Shown: positions 48,831 through 59,764 of the stretch, in pieces
Layout of the letters: every line of letters begins with the position of its first letter
How positions within the stretch are numbered: the stretch's first letter is position 1
Assembly (NCBI GenBank): GCA_013214355.1
Contig: JABSSL010000029.1
Span: 13,626-77,625 of the forward strand
Direction of reading: 5' to 3'
Source of the DNA: Saprospiraceae bacterium
GTDB lineage: Bacteria > Bacteroidota > Bacteroidia > Chitinophagales > Saprospiraceae
DNA length: 64,000 nucleotides
The notes under the pieces: model-generated
The model's input: the letters and a program-made list of their open reading frames with translations, nothing else
The model's database searches: none
What the model was told of the DNA's origin: nothing
Translations under genes and position numbers: made by a program

Positions 48831-50519
48831 ATGCAAGAGTTTTCTAGCCTTGGCCTGAGTCAACCCACTTTAGATGCCATTGAGGAACTTGGTTTTGAGA
48901 CCCCAACGTCGATTCAGGCTGGAGCCATCCCTAAATTACTAAACAGTGAAAGCGATTTCATTGGACTAGCTCAAACTGGTACCGGAAAGACCGCAGCCTT
49001 TGGCCTGCCACTGATGGAACTGGTTGATCCAGAACTACCCTTTGCACAGGGCTTGGTGCTAGCTCCAACCCGGGAACTTTGCCTGCAGATCTCTAATCAA
49101 CTGGAAAGTTTTGCTAAATACCGCAAAAAGACCAGCATTTTAGCTGTATATGGAGGAACAGATATTGGCCGTCAAATACGACAGCTGCGGAAGGGTGTAC
49201 ATATCCTTGTAGCTACTCCTGGTCGCCTACGAGATCTATTGGAACGGAAAGCAGCTGATATTAGCCGCATTCGCTACCTCGTTCTAGATGAGGCTGATGA
49301 AATGCTGAACATGGGCTTCCGTGCAGAGATTGATGAGATACTCGAAAATGCCCCCTCTGAGCGTACTACTTGGTTGTTCTCCGCTACCATGTCTAGAGAT
49401 GTTAGACGGATATCCAAGAACTACATGTACAAGCCAGAGGAGCTAGTAATCGGTACCGTCAATGCCTCCAACAAGGACATTGAACATCAATATACTGTTG
49501 TTCGAGCCACGGAGAAATACGATATTCTCAAAAACTTTATCGACGCGGAAGAGGAGATCTACGGCATCATCTTTTGCCGAACTCGTAGAGATACAGAGAA
49601 GTTGGCTAAGATGCTCGAAAAGGATGGATATCCGGCTGATGCTATTCATGGGGATCTTAATCAATCGCAGCGAGACCGTGTAATGGATCTTTTCCGAAGG
49701 AAAAGAGTTACCCTACTCGTAGCCACTGATGTTGCAGCTCGAGGTATTGATGTGAACGATATCACACATGTCTATCATTTCAATATCCCAGAAGATCTTA
49801 ACTTCTATACGCATAGAAGCGGTCGGACAGGACGTGCCGGAAAGCGCGGTGTTTCTTTAATTCTAGCGCACCACCGTGAGAAGGGAATGATTCCACAGTT
49901 GGAGAGACGACTGGATATTCGCTTCAAACACCAGGCTCCTCCTTCGGCAGAAGTCTTGTTACAGCGTAAGTTAGTCACCCATATTCAAGGGATCTTGGAT
50001 GCCCCTGAATTCGACATATTGGATAAGGTTCTTCCTCCCATCCAGGAGGCCCTCAAGGAAATGAGCAAAGAAGACCTGATTTATCAGATTGCTGCTTCCT
50101 TCGCAGAAAAGAATCCAAGATATACGGTAGAGCATAAATCTCAACCGATTGAAGCTGGAAATTACCAAAGGAGACGTGATGGTCGGGACAGAGACAGAGG
50201 AGGGAGAGACCGAAGAAGAGGTAATGCCGATTTCACTCGATTATTCATCAATCTAGGCACCATGGATCTTCCTCAGAAAGGAGATTTCTTAGGTTACATT
50301 TGCCGATCTTGCAATATCTCCGGCGATTTTGTCGGACGGATTGATATGAGTGAGAAATATAGCTTTTTTGATATTCACAAGAGTCGTGCAGATCAGGTAA
50401 TTGATGCCCTAGATGGTGGTGACTATAAAGGTCGTGACCTCCGGGTTAATCAAGATCGCCCTTCTAACGACAGAAGAAATCATCGCAGAGGACAAAGAGG
50501 AGGAGCTCGTCGAAGATAA
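48831..50519 (+). CDS. DEAD-box RNA helicase with DbpA-type RNA-binding domain (DeaD/CsdA-like)
   Basis: AQTGTGKT, PTREL, DEAD, SAT, HRSGRTGR motifs; C-terminal 'RLFINLG' RNA-binding domain. Confidence 0.95.
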   Translation: MQEFSSLGLSQPTLDAIEELGFETPTSIQAGAIPKLLNSESDFIGLAQTGTGKTAAFGLPLMELVDPELPFAQGLVLAPTRELCLQISNQLESFAKYRKKTSILAVYGGTDIGRQIRQLRKGVHILVATPGRLRDLLERKAADISRIRYLVLDEADEMLNMGFRAEIDEILENAPSERTTWLFSATMSRDVRRISKNYMYKPEELVIGTVNASNKDIEHQYTVVRATEKYDILKNFIDAEEEIYGIIFCRTRRDTEKLAKMLEKDGYPADAIHGDLNQSQRDRVMDLFRRKRVTLLVATDVAARGIDVNDITHVYHFNIPEDLNFYTHRSGRTGRAGKRGVSLILAHHREKGMIPQLERRLDIRFKHQAPPSAEVLLQRKLVTHIQGILDAPEFDILDKVLPPIQEALKEMSKEDLIYQIAASFAEKNPRYTVEHKSQPIEAGNYQRRRDGRDRDRGGRDRRRGNADFTRLFINLGTMDLPQKGDFLGYICRSCNISGDFVGRIDMSEKYSFFDIHKSRADQVIDALDGGDYKGRDLRVNQDRPSNDRRNHRRGQRGGARRR

Positions 50520-50563
50520 AGTCCGACACTCTTGTACTTAGATCCACTGTATTAAAAATGGCT

Positions 50564-50965
50564 TTATTCTGCCCCTTTTCGTTGAGAGAAGGTCAGGATA
50601 AAGCCATTTATGTCTTCGATGGCAAATTCCTTTGTGCCATAAAAGGTAGTGTTTAACTCCTTCACGACCTTTACCTTACCTTCCAAGTTCATAAACCAAG
50701 ATTCGATTTGTTCTTGTACTAGAACATAGAAGGTCATGGCTCCCCCAAGCGGCGTGGCGGATAAGCGGGGATACTCGGCCCGAAGTGAGGAAACTTCTTG
50801 AAACATTAGTCCTGCTTCCCCTTTCTTTACAAACCCCCATTCCAGTTCTCCATCTGAAGGATTAGTATCAACGATCTCAAAGCCTAGGATATTCTTGTAG
50901 TAATCCAGCGTTTGATTTACGTCTTTTACCATGATATTGGGGGTCAATGATGCAAAGGTTACCAT
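50564..50965 (-). CDS. VOC/glyoxalase family protein
   Basis: 'LTPNIMVKDV...YYKNILGF' and 'TFYGTKEFAIEDINGF'. Confidence 0.88.
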   Translation of the reverse strand: MVTFASLTPNIMVKDVNQTLDYYKNILGFEIVDTNPSDGELEWGFVKKGEAGLMFQEVSSLRAEYPRLSATPLGGAMTFYVLVQEQIESWFMNLEGKVKVVKELNTTFYGTKEFAIEDINGFILTFSQRKGAE

Positions 50966-51130
50966 ACTTGTTGCTTTTTGAACTTATAACACTAAAACAA
51001 TCCACGTCCCGACTGACACGATAAGGAGTCTTTCTAAATACTCCTAGTTGAATGCAGCACAAAGGTATACCCTTAGAGGATATTAGGCTTTGTATAAAAA
51101 CGACAACTTCTCATGTATCTTAGGAAGAGG

Positions 51131-51868
51131 TTATTGGAGTTCTCTTAGCACAGATGGATTCCTTCCCGTCATTCTTTGCACTTCTCGGGTTAAATGAGCA
51201 TGGTCCGTATAACCATGGTCAAAAGCGATTTGCAGGAGACTCTTACTCGAATTTTCCCGGATATCCGATAGGGTCTGAGTGAACCGAAAAATCCGCTGAT
51301 ACTCTTTCATACTCACCCCTACAAAGCTTTTGAAGCGACGTTCCAATTGACGAAGGCTGACATAATACTGTCGGGTTAAAGCACCAATATCTATATTGGT
51401 ATATCGACTTTCTATATCCTGGCAAACAGATGTGATGAGCTGATCTTCTTTTCTTCGACTGTGAAACAGCTGAGGTAATAGATAAGCTTCAATCCAATGA
51501 ATTTTATCTTGAACGGCTTCGATACCCCAAAGTCTTTCATTCCATTCTCCGGTTGGCCATGTAGAAACCTCCGACAAACGGGAAGAGATATTTTTCAACT
51601 CAGCCATGGGAAGCTCTTGTAGAAAACTCAGCCCAGCTGGCTTTAATCTAATTCCTATCAGTTCTGTTTTTCCATTAAATGCCACATCTCTGTAGTACGT
51701 CATCATACCTGACACCCTAAGCCTTTCACTGCCTGTACCATGAAATATCAAGTCTACACACCCATCTGGGTAAATTCGAGAAGCGGAGGTACCCTCCCCA
51801 CTAGCTAACCAATAGGAAGCCACAAAGGATTGCCAGAAGGGATGAGGTTGAAATTCTTGATAGATCAT
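51131..51868 (-). CDS. AraC-family regulator
   Basis: 'IYPDGCVDLIF' N-domain; 'SLRQLERRF...GY.DHAHL.RE' HTH. Confidence 0.9.
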   Translation of the reverse strand: MIYQEFQPHPFWQSFVASYWLASGEGTSASRIYPDGCVDLIFHGTGSERLRVSGMMTYYRDVAFNGKTELIGIRLKPAGLSFLQELPMAELKNISSRLSEVSTWPTGEWNERLWGIEAVQDKIHWIEAYLLPQLFHSRRKEDQLITSVCQDIESRYTNIDIGALTRQYYVSLRQLERRFKSFVGVSMKEYQRIFRFTQTLSDIRENSSKSLLQIAFDHGYTDHAHLTREVQRMTGRNPSVLRELQ

Positions 51869-52134
51869 TAAGAATATGTACTAGTTTTCTTACACCCATT
51901 CCATGGCCATATGCAAGACATAATCCAGTTGAGTAATGGCATCCTTAAAAGTACTATTTTCAAAGATCAATCATTGAATGGATGATCATAATTGGGTAAC
52001 TACCCTTCTGCACATCCAACCTAAAATGCTTCCCTTTGCTATGTGAATGGATAATATTCCCGTTACATTGTGAGAATCTATGGCCACTGTACTATACAGC
52101 CGCTAAACACCCGTCTAATAGCTAAAAGCTTGAA

Positions 52135-53205
52135 ATGGATAAAAGAATACCACTATTGATAACAGGATTGCTATTCCTCTATTCCTGCAACCGGAGGATA
52201 AAACCGGCATTAACAAGCAATGAAGTTGAGGCTTACGCAAGCTTATGGAATGAATTAGATAATTACCCAGAGCGAACGGGCAGAAGTGATGATATCTGTT
52301 TTCTGACGCCCAATTTAGGTTGGGCAATCAACAATAAAGGGACACTTTATAGAACGGAAGATGGTGGCGAATCATGGGCGTTGCAATTCAAAAAGGATAG
52401 CTCCTTTTTTAGATGTGTCGTCTTCAGTGACTCATTGAATGGCTGGTTAGGGACAATCGGATTAAATGAAAAAGATCTCTACTCAAAAGATTCTACTGTC
52501 TTATATCAAACTCAGGATGGTGGACAAAATTGGCACCCAGCAAAGATCTCTGGCGAATATCCTACCGGCCTATGTGGATTGCAAAAAGTATCGGAAAATA
52601 TGATCGTTGGATGCGGAAGGGTAAGAGGACCTTCCTATTTTATTAAAACTACAGACAAAGGCAAAAACTGGAAATCGATTAGATTGAATGATCAGGCAGG
52701 TGCTTTAATTGTTCCTCATTTTTTTGACGAAAAAAGGGGCATCATGATAGGAGGAACAACCAACGACAAAAAAAACTCCAAAGCACTAATCTTATCAACG
52801 GAGGATGGCGGTGAGACCTGGAAGAAAGCATTTGAATCTTCCCAACATGGGGAGTATTGTTGGAAGGTTGTCTTTCCGACCAGAGAAATAGGGTATGTAT
52901 CCATTCAAAGAAATGTTGGGGACGGAAAGTTTCACTTCTTAAAAACGGAAGATGGCGGCAGAACTTGGGTTGAAAAGGAGTATGCAAAACAACACTACTT
53001 CACTCAGGGAATAGGCTTCCTAAATGAGGAAATAGGTTGGATTGGAGGTAGCAGTTCCTATGGAACCTACGAAACTAAAGACGGAGGCGAGACTTGGATC
53101 AGTGTACCTGGATTTGGTAAGGGACTCAACAAATTCCAGTTCTTTGGAGACACTTTGGGATATGCCACAGGAAAAAGGATATACAAATTTGAGCTAAAGA
53201 AATAA
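52135..53205 (+). CDS. YCF48-related BNR beta-propeller lipoprotein
   Basis: Lipobox 'LYSC'; repeated 'TEDGGxxW'. Confidence 0.85.
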   Translation: MDKRIPLLITGLLFLYSCNRRIKPALTSNEVEAYASLWNELDNYPERTGRSDDICFLTPNLGWAINNKGTLYRTEDGGESWALQFKKDSSFFRCVVFSDSLNGWLGTIGLNEKDLYSKDSTVLYQTQDGGQNWHPAKISGEYPTGLCGLQKVSENMIVGCGRVRGPSYFIKTTDKGKNWKSIRLNDQAGALIVPHFFDEKRGIMIGGTTNDKKNSKALILSTEDGGETWKKAFESSQHGEYCWKVVFPTREIGYVSIQRNVGDGKFHFLKTEDGGRTWVEKEYAKQHYFTQGIGFLNEEIGWIGGSSSYGTYETKDGGETWISVPGFGKGLNKFQFFGDTLGYATGKRIYKFELKK

Positions 53206-53221
53206 AAATTAACCAGATCAT

Positions 53222-53273
53222 TGCTCAACCACTCGCACTTTAATAAGGGAATTAGAAAGCGAGTGGTTGGGCA
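53222..53273. terminator. Hairpin between convergent genes
   Basis: TGCTCAACCACTCGC ... GCGAGTGGTTGGGCA. Confidence 0.65.
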
Positions 53274-53330
53274 CATATCTTGGGATAGCTGAAATACAGG
53301 GTATAAATCCTAGTTTCTTCTAAACCTTCA

Positions 53331-55118
53331 TCAATCTAAGCGCTCCGCATACACATAGTAACAACTGCTGGCCTGATCTGCATTATCGATGAAGTTAGCT
53401 GAAAGTTGGTATTGCCCAGGAGACAACTCTAAAGTGAAATGTACAACTGCACTATCTGGATCAATTGGAGCCTCTGCCTCTTGTCCTGCGATCGAAATAT
53501 TAGCAGCCTTGAAGGATAAGGCTTCTCCCACCTTGTAAGCCGTTCCTTGTGGAATCTCATCGCCTTCAGGCGCACCTTCCAGGATCTTTAAACCGGATTC
53601 TACTGGCCAGCGGCGCAACCCGAAGCGGTAGGTTCCTGCCGATTCCACTTGGACTGGCCAATACCCTTGAGTCCCCTTTCCCGCTCTTATGTGTCCTTGA
53701 TTCCACGCTACCCGTTTACCATCATTCAATAGATCATGTTCCGTAAGCGTATAAAGCTCTCCCACTTCCTTCCCAAACTGGAAGTAACAATAATCCTTCG
53801 CTCTTGCACTCACTTTCTTCCACCAGATCTCGTAAGCTGCTTGTAAACTATCCACGACTGCCGGATGAGTTTCCGCTACGTCCTCGATCTGTCCAGGATC
53901 TTTCTTTATGGCATAGAGTTTATCATTGACAAGTCGCCACTCCTCGGTCATAACAGAAAACCGCTTGTACTTCACCAGGTCTTCCTCTCGTTGGGTATCC
54001 GCAAATAAGATTCGTTCCGCTTGCTCTTTCCCCTCCACTAAAGGACGTAAACTTGTACCGTCCCAATCCAATCCTTCCTTGTGTTCCATCCCTACCCAGT
54101 CCATAAGCGTTGGCACCAGATCAAAAACACCAGCTAATCGATCAATATCTCTTCCTCCCTCGACCTTTCCATCTTTCCAATGGATGAACAAGGGTACTCG
54201 ATGCCCTCCTTCGTACTCCGATCCCTTTTTACCCCGCATTCCAGCGTTATACCCCTTTCTAACTTGCCCTTCCTGATCCAACTGACAACCCGCTGCTGTC
54301 CCATTATCTGTAAGGAAAATCAAGATGGTGTTGTCAGCAATCCCCCATTCTGTCAACTTGGTCCGCAGCTTGCCTAGGTTTTCATCAATATTGGCGATCA
54401 TACCAAAAAAGTTAGCATTGACCACATTTTCATTTCCTTCATATTTCTTACTGTAGAGTGTATCTACATAAAAAGGACCATGAGGCGCATTGGTGGAAAT
54501 GTAGGAGAAAAAAGGTTTATCCTTATTCTCCTCCATAAATGACAATGCTGCTTCGAACCACACATCTGTACAATACCCTTGTTTCTTTTCTGGAACCCCA
54601 TTATGGAAATAGGTATCATCAAAATAATCATTGTTCCAATAGTCTGGAGTTTGGCCTACCCCTCCCCCGCCGTGCACCAAGACCTCATCAAAACCTCGAT
54701 CCTGGGGGCGATAAGGATAGGTATCGCCTAAGTGCCATTTACCAAACATCCCCGTAGTATAGCCTACATTTTTGAGCAACTCCGGTAGTAGTACCTCATC
54801 TGGCCACACCATTTCCCGACCTTTAATCGTATGCCACGCACCTACTTTATTGCAGTACTGGCCCGTCATCAAACTGGCCCGTGAGGGCGCACAAGTAGTC
54901 CCTACATGGAAATCAGTAAAGCGAACACTTTCTGCGTGTAATTGATCTAGATTCGGAGTTTCGAGGACAGGGTTTCCATGACAACCAAGGTCGCCATATC
55001 CCTGATCATCCGTGATAAGAATTACGATATTAGGTGGCGTGGAACTTGCAGGCTTCTCAGAACGGCAAGACAGTAGTCCTGCCGTGAGGGCTACAACAAT
55101 TAATAGGTGGTTTTTCAT
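53331..55118 (-). CDS. Arylsulfatase (S1 formylglycine sulfatase) lipoprotein
   Basis: 'PNIVILITDDQG', CxPxR 'CAPSRASLMTG' and 'GKWHLG'. Confidence 0.95.
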   Translation of the reverse strand: MKNHLLIVVALTAGLLSCRSEKPASSTPPNIVILITDDQGYGDLGCHGNPVLETPNLDQLHAESVRFTDFHVGTTCAPSRASLMTGQYCNKVGAWHTIKGREMVWPDEVLLPELLKNVGYTTGMFGKWHLGDTYPYRPQDRGFDEVLVHGGGGVGQTPDYWNNDYFDDTYFHNGVPEKKQGYCTDVWFEAALSFMEENKDKPFFSYISTNAPHGPFYVDTLYSKKYEGNENVVNANFFGMIANIDENLGKLRTKLTEWGIADNTILIFLTDNGTAAGCQLDQEGQVRKGYNAGMRGKKGSEYEGGHRVPLFIHWKDGKVEGGRDIDRLAGVFDLVPTLMDWVGMEHKEGLDWDGTSLRPLVEGKEQAERILFADTQREEDLVKYKRFSVMTEEWRLVNDKLYAIKKDPGQIEDVAETHPAVVDSLQAAYEIWWKKVSARAKDYCYFQFGKEVGELYTLTEHDLLNDGKRVAWNQGHIRAGKGTQGYWPVQVESAGTYRFGLRRWPVESGLKILEGAPEGDEIPQGTAYKVGEALSFKAANISIAGQEAEAPIDPDSAVVHFTLELSPGQYQLSANFIDNADQASSCYYVYAERLD

Positions 55119-55133
55119 GATTTGTAGTTGTGA

Positions 55134-55379
55134 TCAAGCTCCTCCCTGAGCCATCTGATCTTTTTGGTTTTGTTTAAAGTAATTTAGAACAAGCTTAAGG
55201 GTCGTGACGGTAGAGCCTACCATGAGGCCACTGACCATAGTGTTTACCTGAAGACCATGCGTAAATAAATCGGTAAAGGCCAACAAAAGCAGAAAGTTCC
55301 CTACTGCCCAAGTGATCAAAGCGATCCATAGCGTTCGTTTGGAAGGATTACTAAACCAGTTACGATTAGCGTTACTCAT
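55134..55379 (-). CDS. Small 2-TM hypothetical protein
   Basis: ORF with two hydrophobic helices; start is uncertain (55379 or 55418). Confidence 0.55.
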   Translation of the reverse strand: MSNANRNWFSNPSKRTLWIALITWAVGNFLLLLAFTDLFTHGLQVNTMVSGLMVGSTVTTLKLVLNYFKQNQKDQMAQGGA

Positions 55380-55577
55380 TACTAGGCATTTATTGATGGT
55401 ATTCAGAAAAGCATACAAATAGTTGCTTGCTCTCCTCTAAAATAAGTGATTCTCGGTACTTATCGGATGAACAAAATGGCATACAAGATGCTTATGTATA
55501 ATAATGGACGATTGTTCTACGGATTTCACGATTTGTTCATCTGTCCATATCATTAAGACAACAACAACCCACTAAAA

Positions 55578-56078
55578 GTGCCAACGATATCCATTATTTC
55601 CGCATTTGCTAAGAACCATGTCATGGGTGTAGACGGGATATTACCTTGGTCTCTTCCCTATGATTGGGAAAACTTCAAAGCCGTCACCCAAGGCAAAGCT
55701 TTTCTCATGGGACGCAAAAGCTTTGAGTCTGAAGATTATTTAGGTTCGGATTACAAGAACTTCATACTTACTCGTAACCCGAAACTTAAAATGCGCCCCA
55801 ATAGTCAACCCATCCATTCCATCGCTGACTTTTTGAAAGAAGTAGAACAGGAAGATGAAGTTTTCATCTTAGGAGGGGGAAACATCTTTGGCGAGGCCCT
55901 AGAAATGGGCATAGTAGATAAAATGTATTTGACGCTAATCAATGCCGAGCCGACAGGAGATACCTTCTTCCCAGAGGTGAACTGGGCAGAATGGGAAGAG
56001 ATAGACAGCTTCTATCACCCCATTGACGAGCGACATGCGCATGATTTTCATATTAAGACCTATATCAAAAAACATTAA
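55578..56078 (+). CDS. folA: Dihydrofolate reductase
   Basis: 'LPWSLPYD...FK', 'MGRKSFES', 'ILGGG' and 'GDTFFP'. Confidence 0.9.
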   Translation: MPTISIISAFAKNHVMGVDGILPWSLPYDWENFKAVTQGKAFLMGRKSFESEDYLGSDYKNFILTRNPKLKMRPNSQPIHSIADFLKEVEQEDEVFILGGGNIFGEALEMGIVDKMYLTLINAEPTGDTFFPEVNWAEWEEIDSFYHPIDERHAHDFHIKTYIKKH

Positions 56079-56120
56079 TGACTGCTTCTTTGTCTAAACA
56101 AAAAATGAAAAACCAACCCA

Positions 56121-56423
56121 ATGAGAGATTTTGACACCTTAGTGGAAGCGCTACAAGGCCTCAAGGCTGAGGGCTACCAATATGATTTTAACTTAATCAG
56201 CGATGGCCTCCATTGTAAAGAGTTGGACTTAATTGTCGGCGCTGAGGATTTTACCGTAGAAGAAATTCATCGTTTTGAAGGCGATAGCAATCCGGATGAT
56301 AGCTCCATTTTATATGTGTTATCAACCAGTAGTGGAGTAAAAGGGACGATGATTGATGCCTATGGTACCTATAGTGGAGCAATTGATCCGAGCATTCTTG
56401 CAAAATTGAAGGTAGCCAGGTAA
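56121..56423 (+). CDS. Conserved small Bacteroidota hypothetical protein
   Basis: 'GYQYDF', 'RFEGDSNPDD.SILY' and 'KGTMIDAYG' motifs. Confidence 0.8.
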   Translation: MRDFDTLVEALQGLKAEGYQYDFNLISDGLHCKELDLIVGAEDFTVEEIHRFEGDSNPDDSSILYVLSTSSGVKGTMIDAYGTYSGAIDPSILAKLKVAR

Positions 56424-56463
56424 TCGCCCCCAACAAATGCTTGAATAGATAATGTGTTGCTGA

Positions 56464-58248
56464 TCAAATCACCTGGTCTTCATACAACTGTGCAATTTCC
56501 TTTTGGTAAGCGGCATTAATTTGGGGCCGCATCAATTTCATCGTGTAGGTTAATAATCCCGATTCCATCGTCCACTCCTCATGGAAAAGGTGGAATGCCC
56601 GAATGGTCTGATAGTTGGGCAGCTCCTGATTATAGGCATCTAATTCTTCCCGTATTCTTTGGCGTACTTTGATATTAATAGCCATATACTGCGGACTGGT
56701 CCAGTGTACCTTATTTTCCTTGCTCCAATGCTCCAATAATTCAAAGTTGGGATAAATCAAGGCGGTCACATACGGTTTTTGAAAACCAATAACCATGATT
56801 TGCTCAATAAAGGGAGATTGCTTGAAGTGATTTTCCAATACGAGAGGCGAGACATATTTACCTGATGAAGTCTTAAATATGTCCTTTTTCCGATCGGTAA
56901 TCTGTAAGAAGCGTTTATTGACAAATTTTCCTACATCTCCCGTATGAAGCCAGCCATCTTTAGTCAATACCTTAGCCGTTTCTTCCTCCTGCTTATAGTA
57001 TCCCCGCATCACATTGGGGCCTTTGATCATAATCTCTCCTTCTCCTTCTTCATTCGGCGAATCAATTTTAATCTGTACACCAGATACCGGCAAGCCCACG
57101 GTACCAAAAGCATACAGGCCTGGCTGGAAGCGATTAATAGCGGCGGCGGCGGCGGTTTCCGTCATGCCATAGCCTTCTCTAGCTTTGATCCCCATAGCCC
57201 CCATGAGACGCCCTAAGCCAGGCTGCAGATAGGCAGCGCCGACGATAATTGCATCTACTTTGCCCCCCAAATTCCGCTTTAGTCGATTTAAAACCAGCAT
57301 CTTGGCCAATTGCAACTTCCACCAATAAATAAATCGGAAGCCTGGCCGTTCCTGGAAGCTCATTCCAATCTTCAAAGCCCAATTCGCCAAGCCCTTTTTC
57401 AAAGAAGAATGGTCAGCTTGTATCGCTAAAACTTGGTCGTACATCTTTTCCAGGATACGTGGCACCGCAGTGAAGATATGTGGACGCACTTCTAGCAAGG
57501 CCTGCGATAGATAAGGACGTTCCACCAAGGTATAGATACTCAAACCTGCAGCCATATAGGTTAATAAAGCCATGCGCTCGAAGATATGACTGAAAGGCAG
57601 AAAACTTAGCGCTATCTTGCCAGGTTCGACGGGAAGCAAAGGCACAGTAGCTCGTACATTACTAACAATATTTCGGTGACTCAACATAACCCCCTTTGGG
57701 ATTCCCGTGGTACCTGAGGTATAAATGATAGCAGATAAATCGTCTTCTTTAACTTGATCCTTTAGCATCTGCAATTCTTCATTGGGAGAACCCGAATATT
57801 GCCTTAGCAATTCCTCTAGTGATTTTGCCGGTTCAGCCCCTTCGATGAAGAAAACTTTTACAGCTGAATGCACATTCAACACCTCCTCAAATTTTGCGCC
57901 CAATTCTGCATGGGCCACAAAACAATACTTGGCTTCAGTGTGATTAATAATGTACTCCAACTGCTGTGGGTTACTGGTAAAATGAACAGGTACCACGATC
58001 GCACCTAGTTGTTGGATGGCAAAATCCAGGAAGATCCATTCCGCACTAGCCAAGTGGGGAACAATCAGCACCCTATCTCCGCGCTGCACGCCTAAACCCA
58101 TTAAAGTCCAACTATAGCGATCAATTTCCTCTATACAAGCCGCACAACTGTAGGTAACCCAGCGGTCACGGCGGCGACTAACAATTGCTTTTTCATTCGG
58201 AAATCTTGCTAGTTGAGAAGGCAGTAGATCAAAGGTTCGGCTTATCAT
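56464..58248 (-). CDS. Long-chain fatty-acid--CoA ligase (AMP-binding)
   Basis: 'YTSGTTGIPKGV', 'EGYGMTET', 'GWLHTGD' and 'ITDRKKD'. Confidence 0.93.
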   Translation of the reverse strand: MISRTFDLLPSQLARFPNEKAIVSRRRDRWVTYSCAACIEEIDRYSWTLMGLGVQRGDRVLIVPHLASAEWIFLDFAIQQLGAIVVPVHFTSNPQQLEYIINHTEAKYCFVAHAELGAKFEEVLNVHSAVKVFFIEGAEPAKSLEELLRQYSGSPNEELQMLKDQVKEDDLSAIIYTSGTTGIPKGVMLSHRNIVSNVRATVPLLPVEPGKIALSFLPFSHIFERMALLTYMAAGLSIYTLVERPYLSQALLEVRPHIFTAVPRILEKMYDQVLAIQADHSSLKKGLANWALKIGMSFQERPGFRFIYWWKLQLAKMLVLNRLKRNLGGKVDAIIVGAAYLQPGLGRLMGAMGIKAREGYGMTETAAAAAINRFQPGLYAFGTVGLPVSGVQIKIDSPNEEGEGEIMIKGPNVMRGYYKQEEETAKVLTKDGWLHTGDVGKFVNKRFLQITDRKKDIFKTSSGKYVSPLVLENHFKQSPFIEQIMVIGFQKPYVTALIYPNFELLEHWSKENKVHWTSPQYMAINIKVRQRIREELDAYNQELPNYQTIRAFHLFHEEWTMESGLLTYTMKLMRPQINAAYQKEIAQLYEDQVI

Positions 58249-59060
58249 ACTTCGGCAGGTTGGGTCTGGTATTCATTCAGTATGTCGTACAAATATTCAT
58301 GGTAAGTGGGGAAGGATGGAAGGTTATTGTGACCTCCACCTTCGACTTCGAGCAACTGGATCAATTGAGGGTTAATTTTCTGTAGCCGCTCGCTATGCTC
58401 AAAGGGAATGAGGCGATCCTTAGTGCCATGAATGATGTAAACAGGGAAGGTAAGGTTCTTCAAAAATTGGTCGGTCCGAATTTGGTATCTAAGAAACAAG
58501 CGCAAGGGCAAAAAGGCTCCATAGCGCTTAATCTGATGATAAAAGCTATAGTATGGAGAATCCAAAATCAACATTCTGGGGTTATTCCAAGAAGCCACTC
58601 GAGCCGCTATACCTGAGCCAAGGGAACGTCCATAGACTACAATTTTATCCTCTGTGTATTGACGTGCAATCCATTTGTATAGCATCTGGGCATCATTATA
58701 TAGCTTCTGCTCGGTGCGACGCCCCCTACTCTTTCCAAAACCTCGATAATCCATCATAAAGAAATCGTAGCCATTGCTCACGAAATCCTTAGCAAACTTC
58801 CCCCAGCCTTTAATACTTCTTGAATTACCCTTCAAATAATAGATCACCCCACGGCTATTCGGCACTTTAAAATGAATGCTATTAATTTGCCCCCCATCCT
58901 CCATCTCAAAGGTTTTCTCCTCAAAGTCAAAGGGATATTTATACGTAAAATGAGACGGCAAAAGCTCAGGACGAAAAAAGAAGAAATGTTGGAAGAAATA
59001 AAAGATGAGGCTGAGTCCAAGATAAACAGCAAGTATTATATATAGTATATTCAACCACAT
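58245..59060 (-). CDS. Alpha/beta hydrolase (ABHD-like)
   Basis: 'DYRGFGKS', 'GRSLG', 'HGTKD' and 'GGHN'. Confidence 0.9.
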   Translation of the reverse strand: MWLNILYIILAVYLGLSLIFYFFQHFFFFRPELLPSHFTYKYPFDFEEKTFEMEDGGQINSIHFKVPNSRGVIYYLKGNSRSIKGWGKFAKDFVSNGYDFFMMDYRGFGKSRGRRTEQKLYNDAQMLYKWIARQYTEDKIVVYGRSLGSGIAARVASWNNPRMLILDSPYYSFYHQIKRYGAFLPLRLFLRYQIRTDQFLKNLTFPVYIIHGTKDRLIPFEHSERLQKINPQLIQLLEVEGGGHNNLPSFPTYHEYLYDILNEYQTQPAEV

Positions 59061-59138
59061 CTTATTAGGATTTGGCTGAAGTTAAAAAATTTTCTTATTC
59101 ATTTTTGTAGATTTACCAAAGAACTTAAAGGAATAGAT

Positions 59139-59702
59139 ATGGATCGTAGAGAAGCCATCAAGCGCACCAGTTTGTTGTTGGGCGGAGCAATATCCTCATC
59201 CGCCATGGCAGGCCTTTTGAGTGGATGCCAAGCCAGTCCCAGCGTAGATTGGTCACCCGTGTTTTTGGAACAAGAGCAGGCCAGAATGGTCGAAAGCATT
59301 GCTGACTGCATATTACCGGCCACAGAAACGCCAGGAGCATTAGACGTTGGTGTACCCGCTTTCATAGACTTGATGCTCAAAGACGCTTATAGCGCCGAAG
59401 AGCAAAATCGTTTTCTGACAGGCTTAAGTTCTCTAGAGGCAAGTAGCCAAGAAAAATACGAAAAGGGCTTTCTTTACTGCAGTAATGAAGATCAGACGGC
59501 ATTACTGACAACCTTAGAAAAGGAGGCAGCCTCGGCTCCTTCTTTCATTAGGATGGCTAAAGAACTGACGCTGCTTGGGTACTTTACCTCCGAGCCTATC
59601 ATGTCCAATGTATTGAATTACAATCCAGTCCCAGGAAAATATGAAGGCTGCGTTGATGCCACAGCAGAAACCGTGGTTGGTGTAGATAACAATATCTTTT
59701 AG
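59139..59702 (+). CDS. Gluconate 2-dehydrogenase subunit 3 family (Tat lipoprotein)
   Basis: 'MDRREAIK' Tat motif; 'ILPATETPGA' and 'LTLLGYFTSE'. Confidence 0.9.
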   Translation: MDRREAIKRTSLLLGGAISSSAMAGLLSGCQASPSVDWSPVFLEQEQARMVESIADCILPATETPGALDVGVPAFIDLMLKDAYSAEEQNRFLTGLSSLEASSQEKYEKGFLYCSNEDQTALLTTLEKEAASAPSFIRMAKELTLLGYFTSEPIMSNVLNYNPVPGKYEGCVDATAETVVGVDNNIF

Positions 59703-59764
59703 ATCCGGAGCAATCGACTCCCATTTAGGTTTAATTCCTTATCAAAGAGATTCAAATCAGAAGC

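Noticed and set aside
56121..56423. Phosphoribosylpyrophosphate synthetase (a label often attached to this family)
   Set aside because: At 100 aa it is far too short and has no PRPP synthetase motifs.
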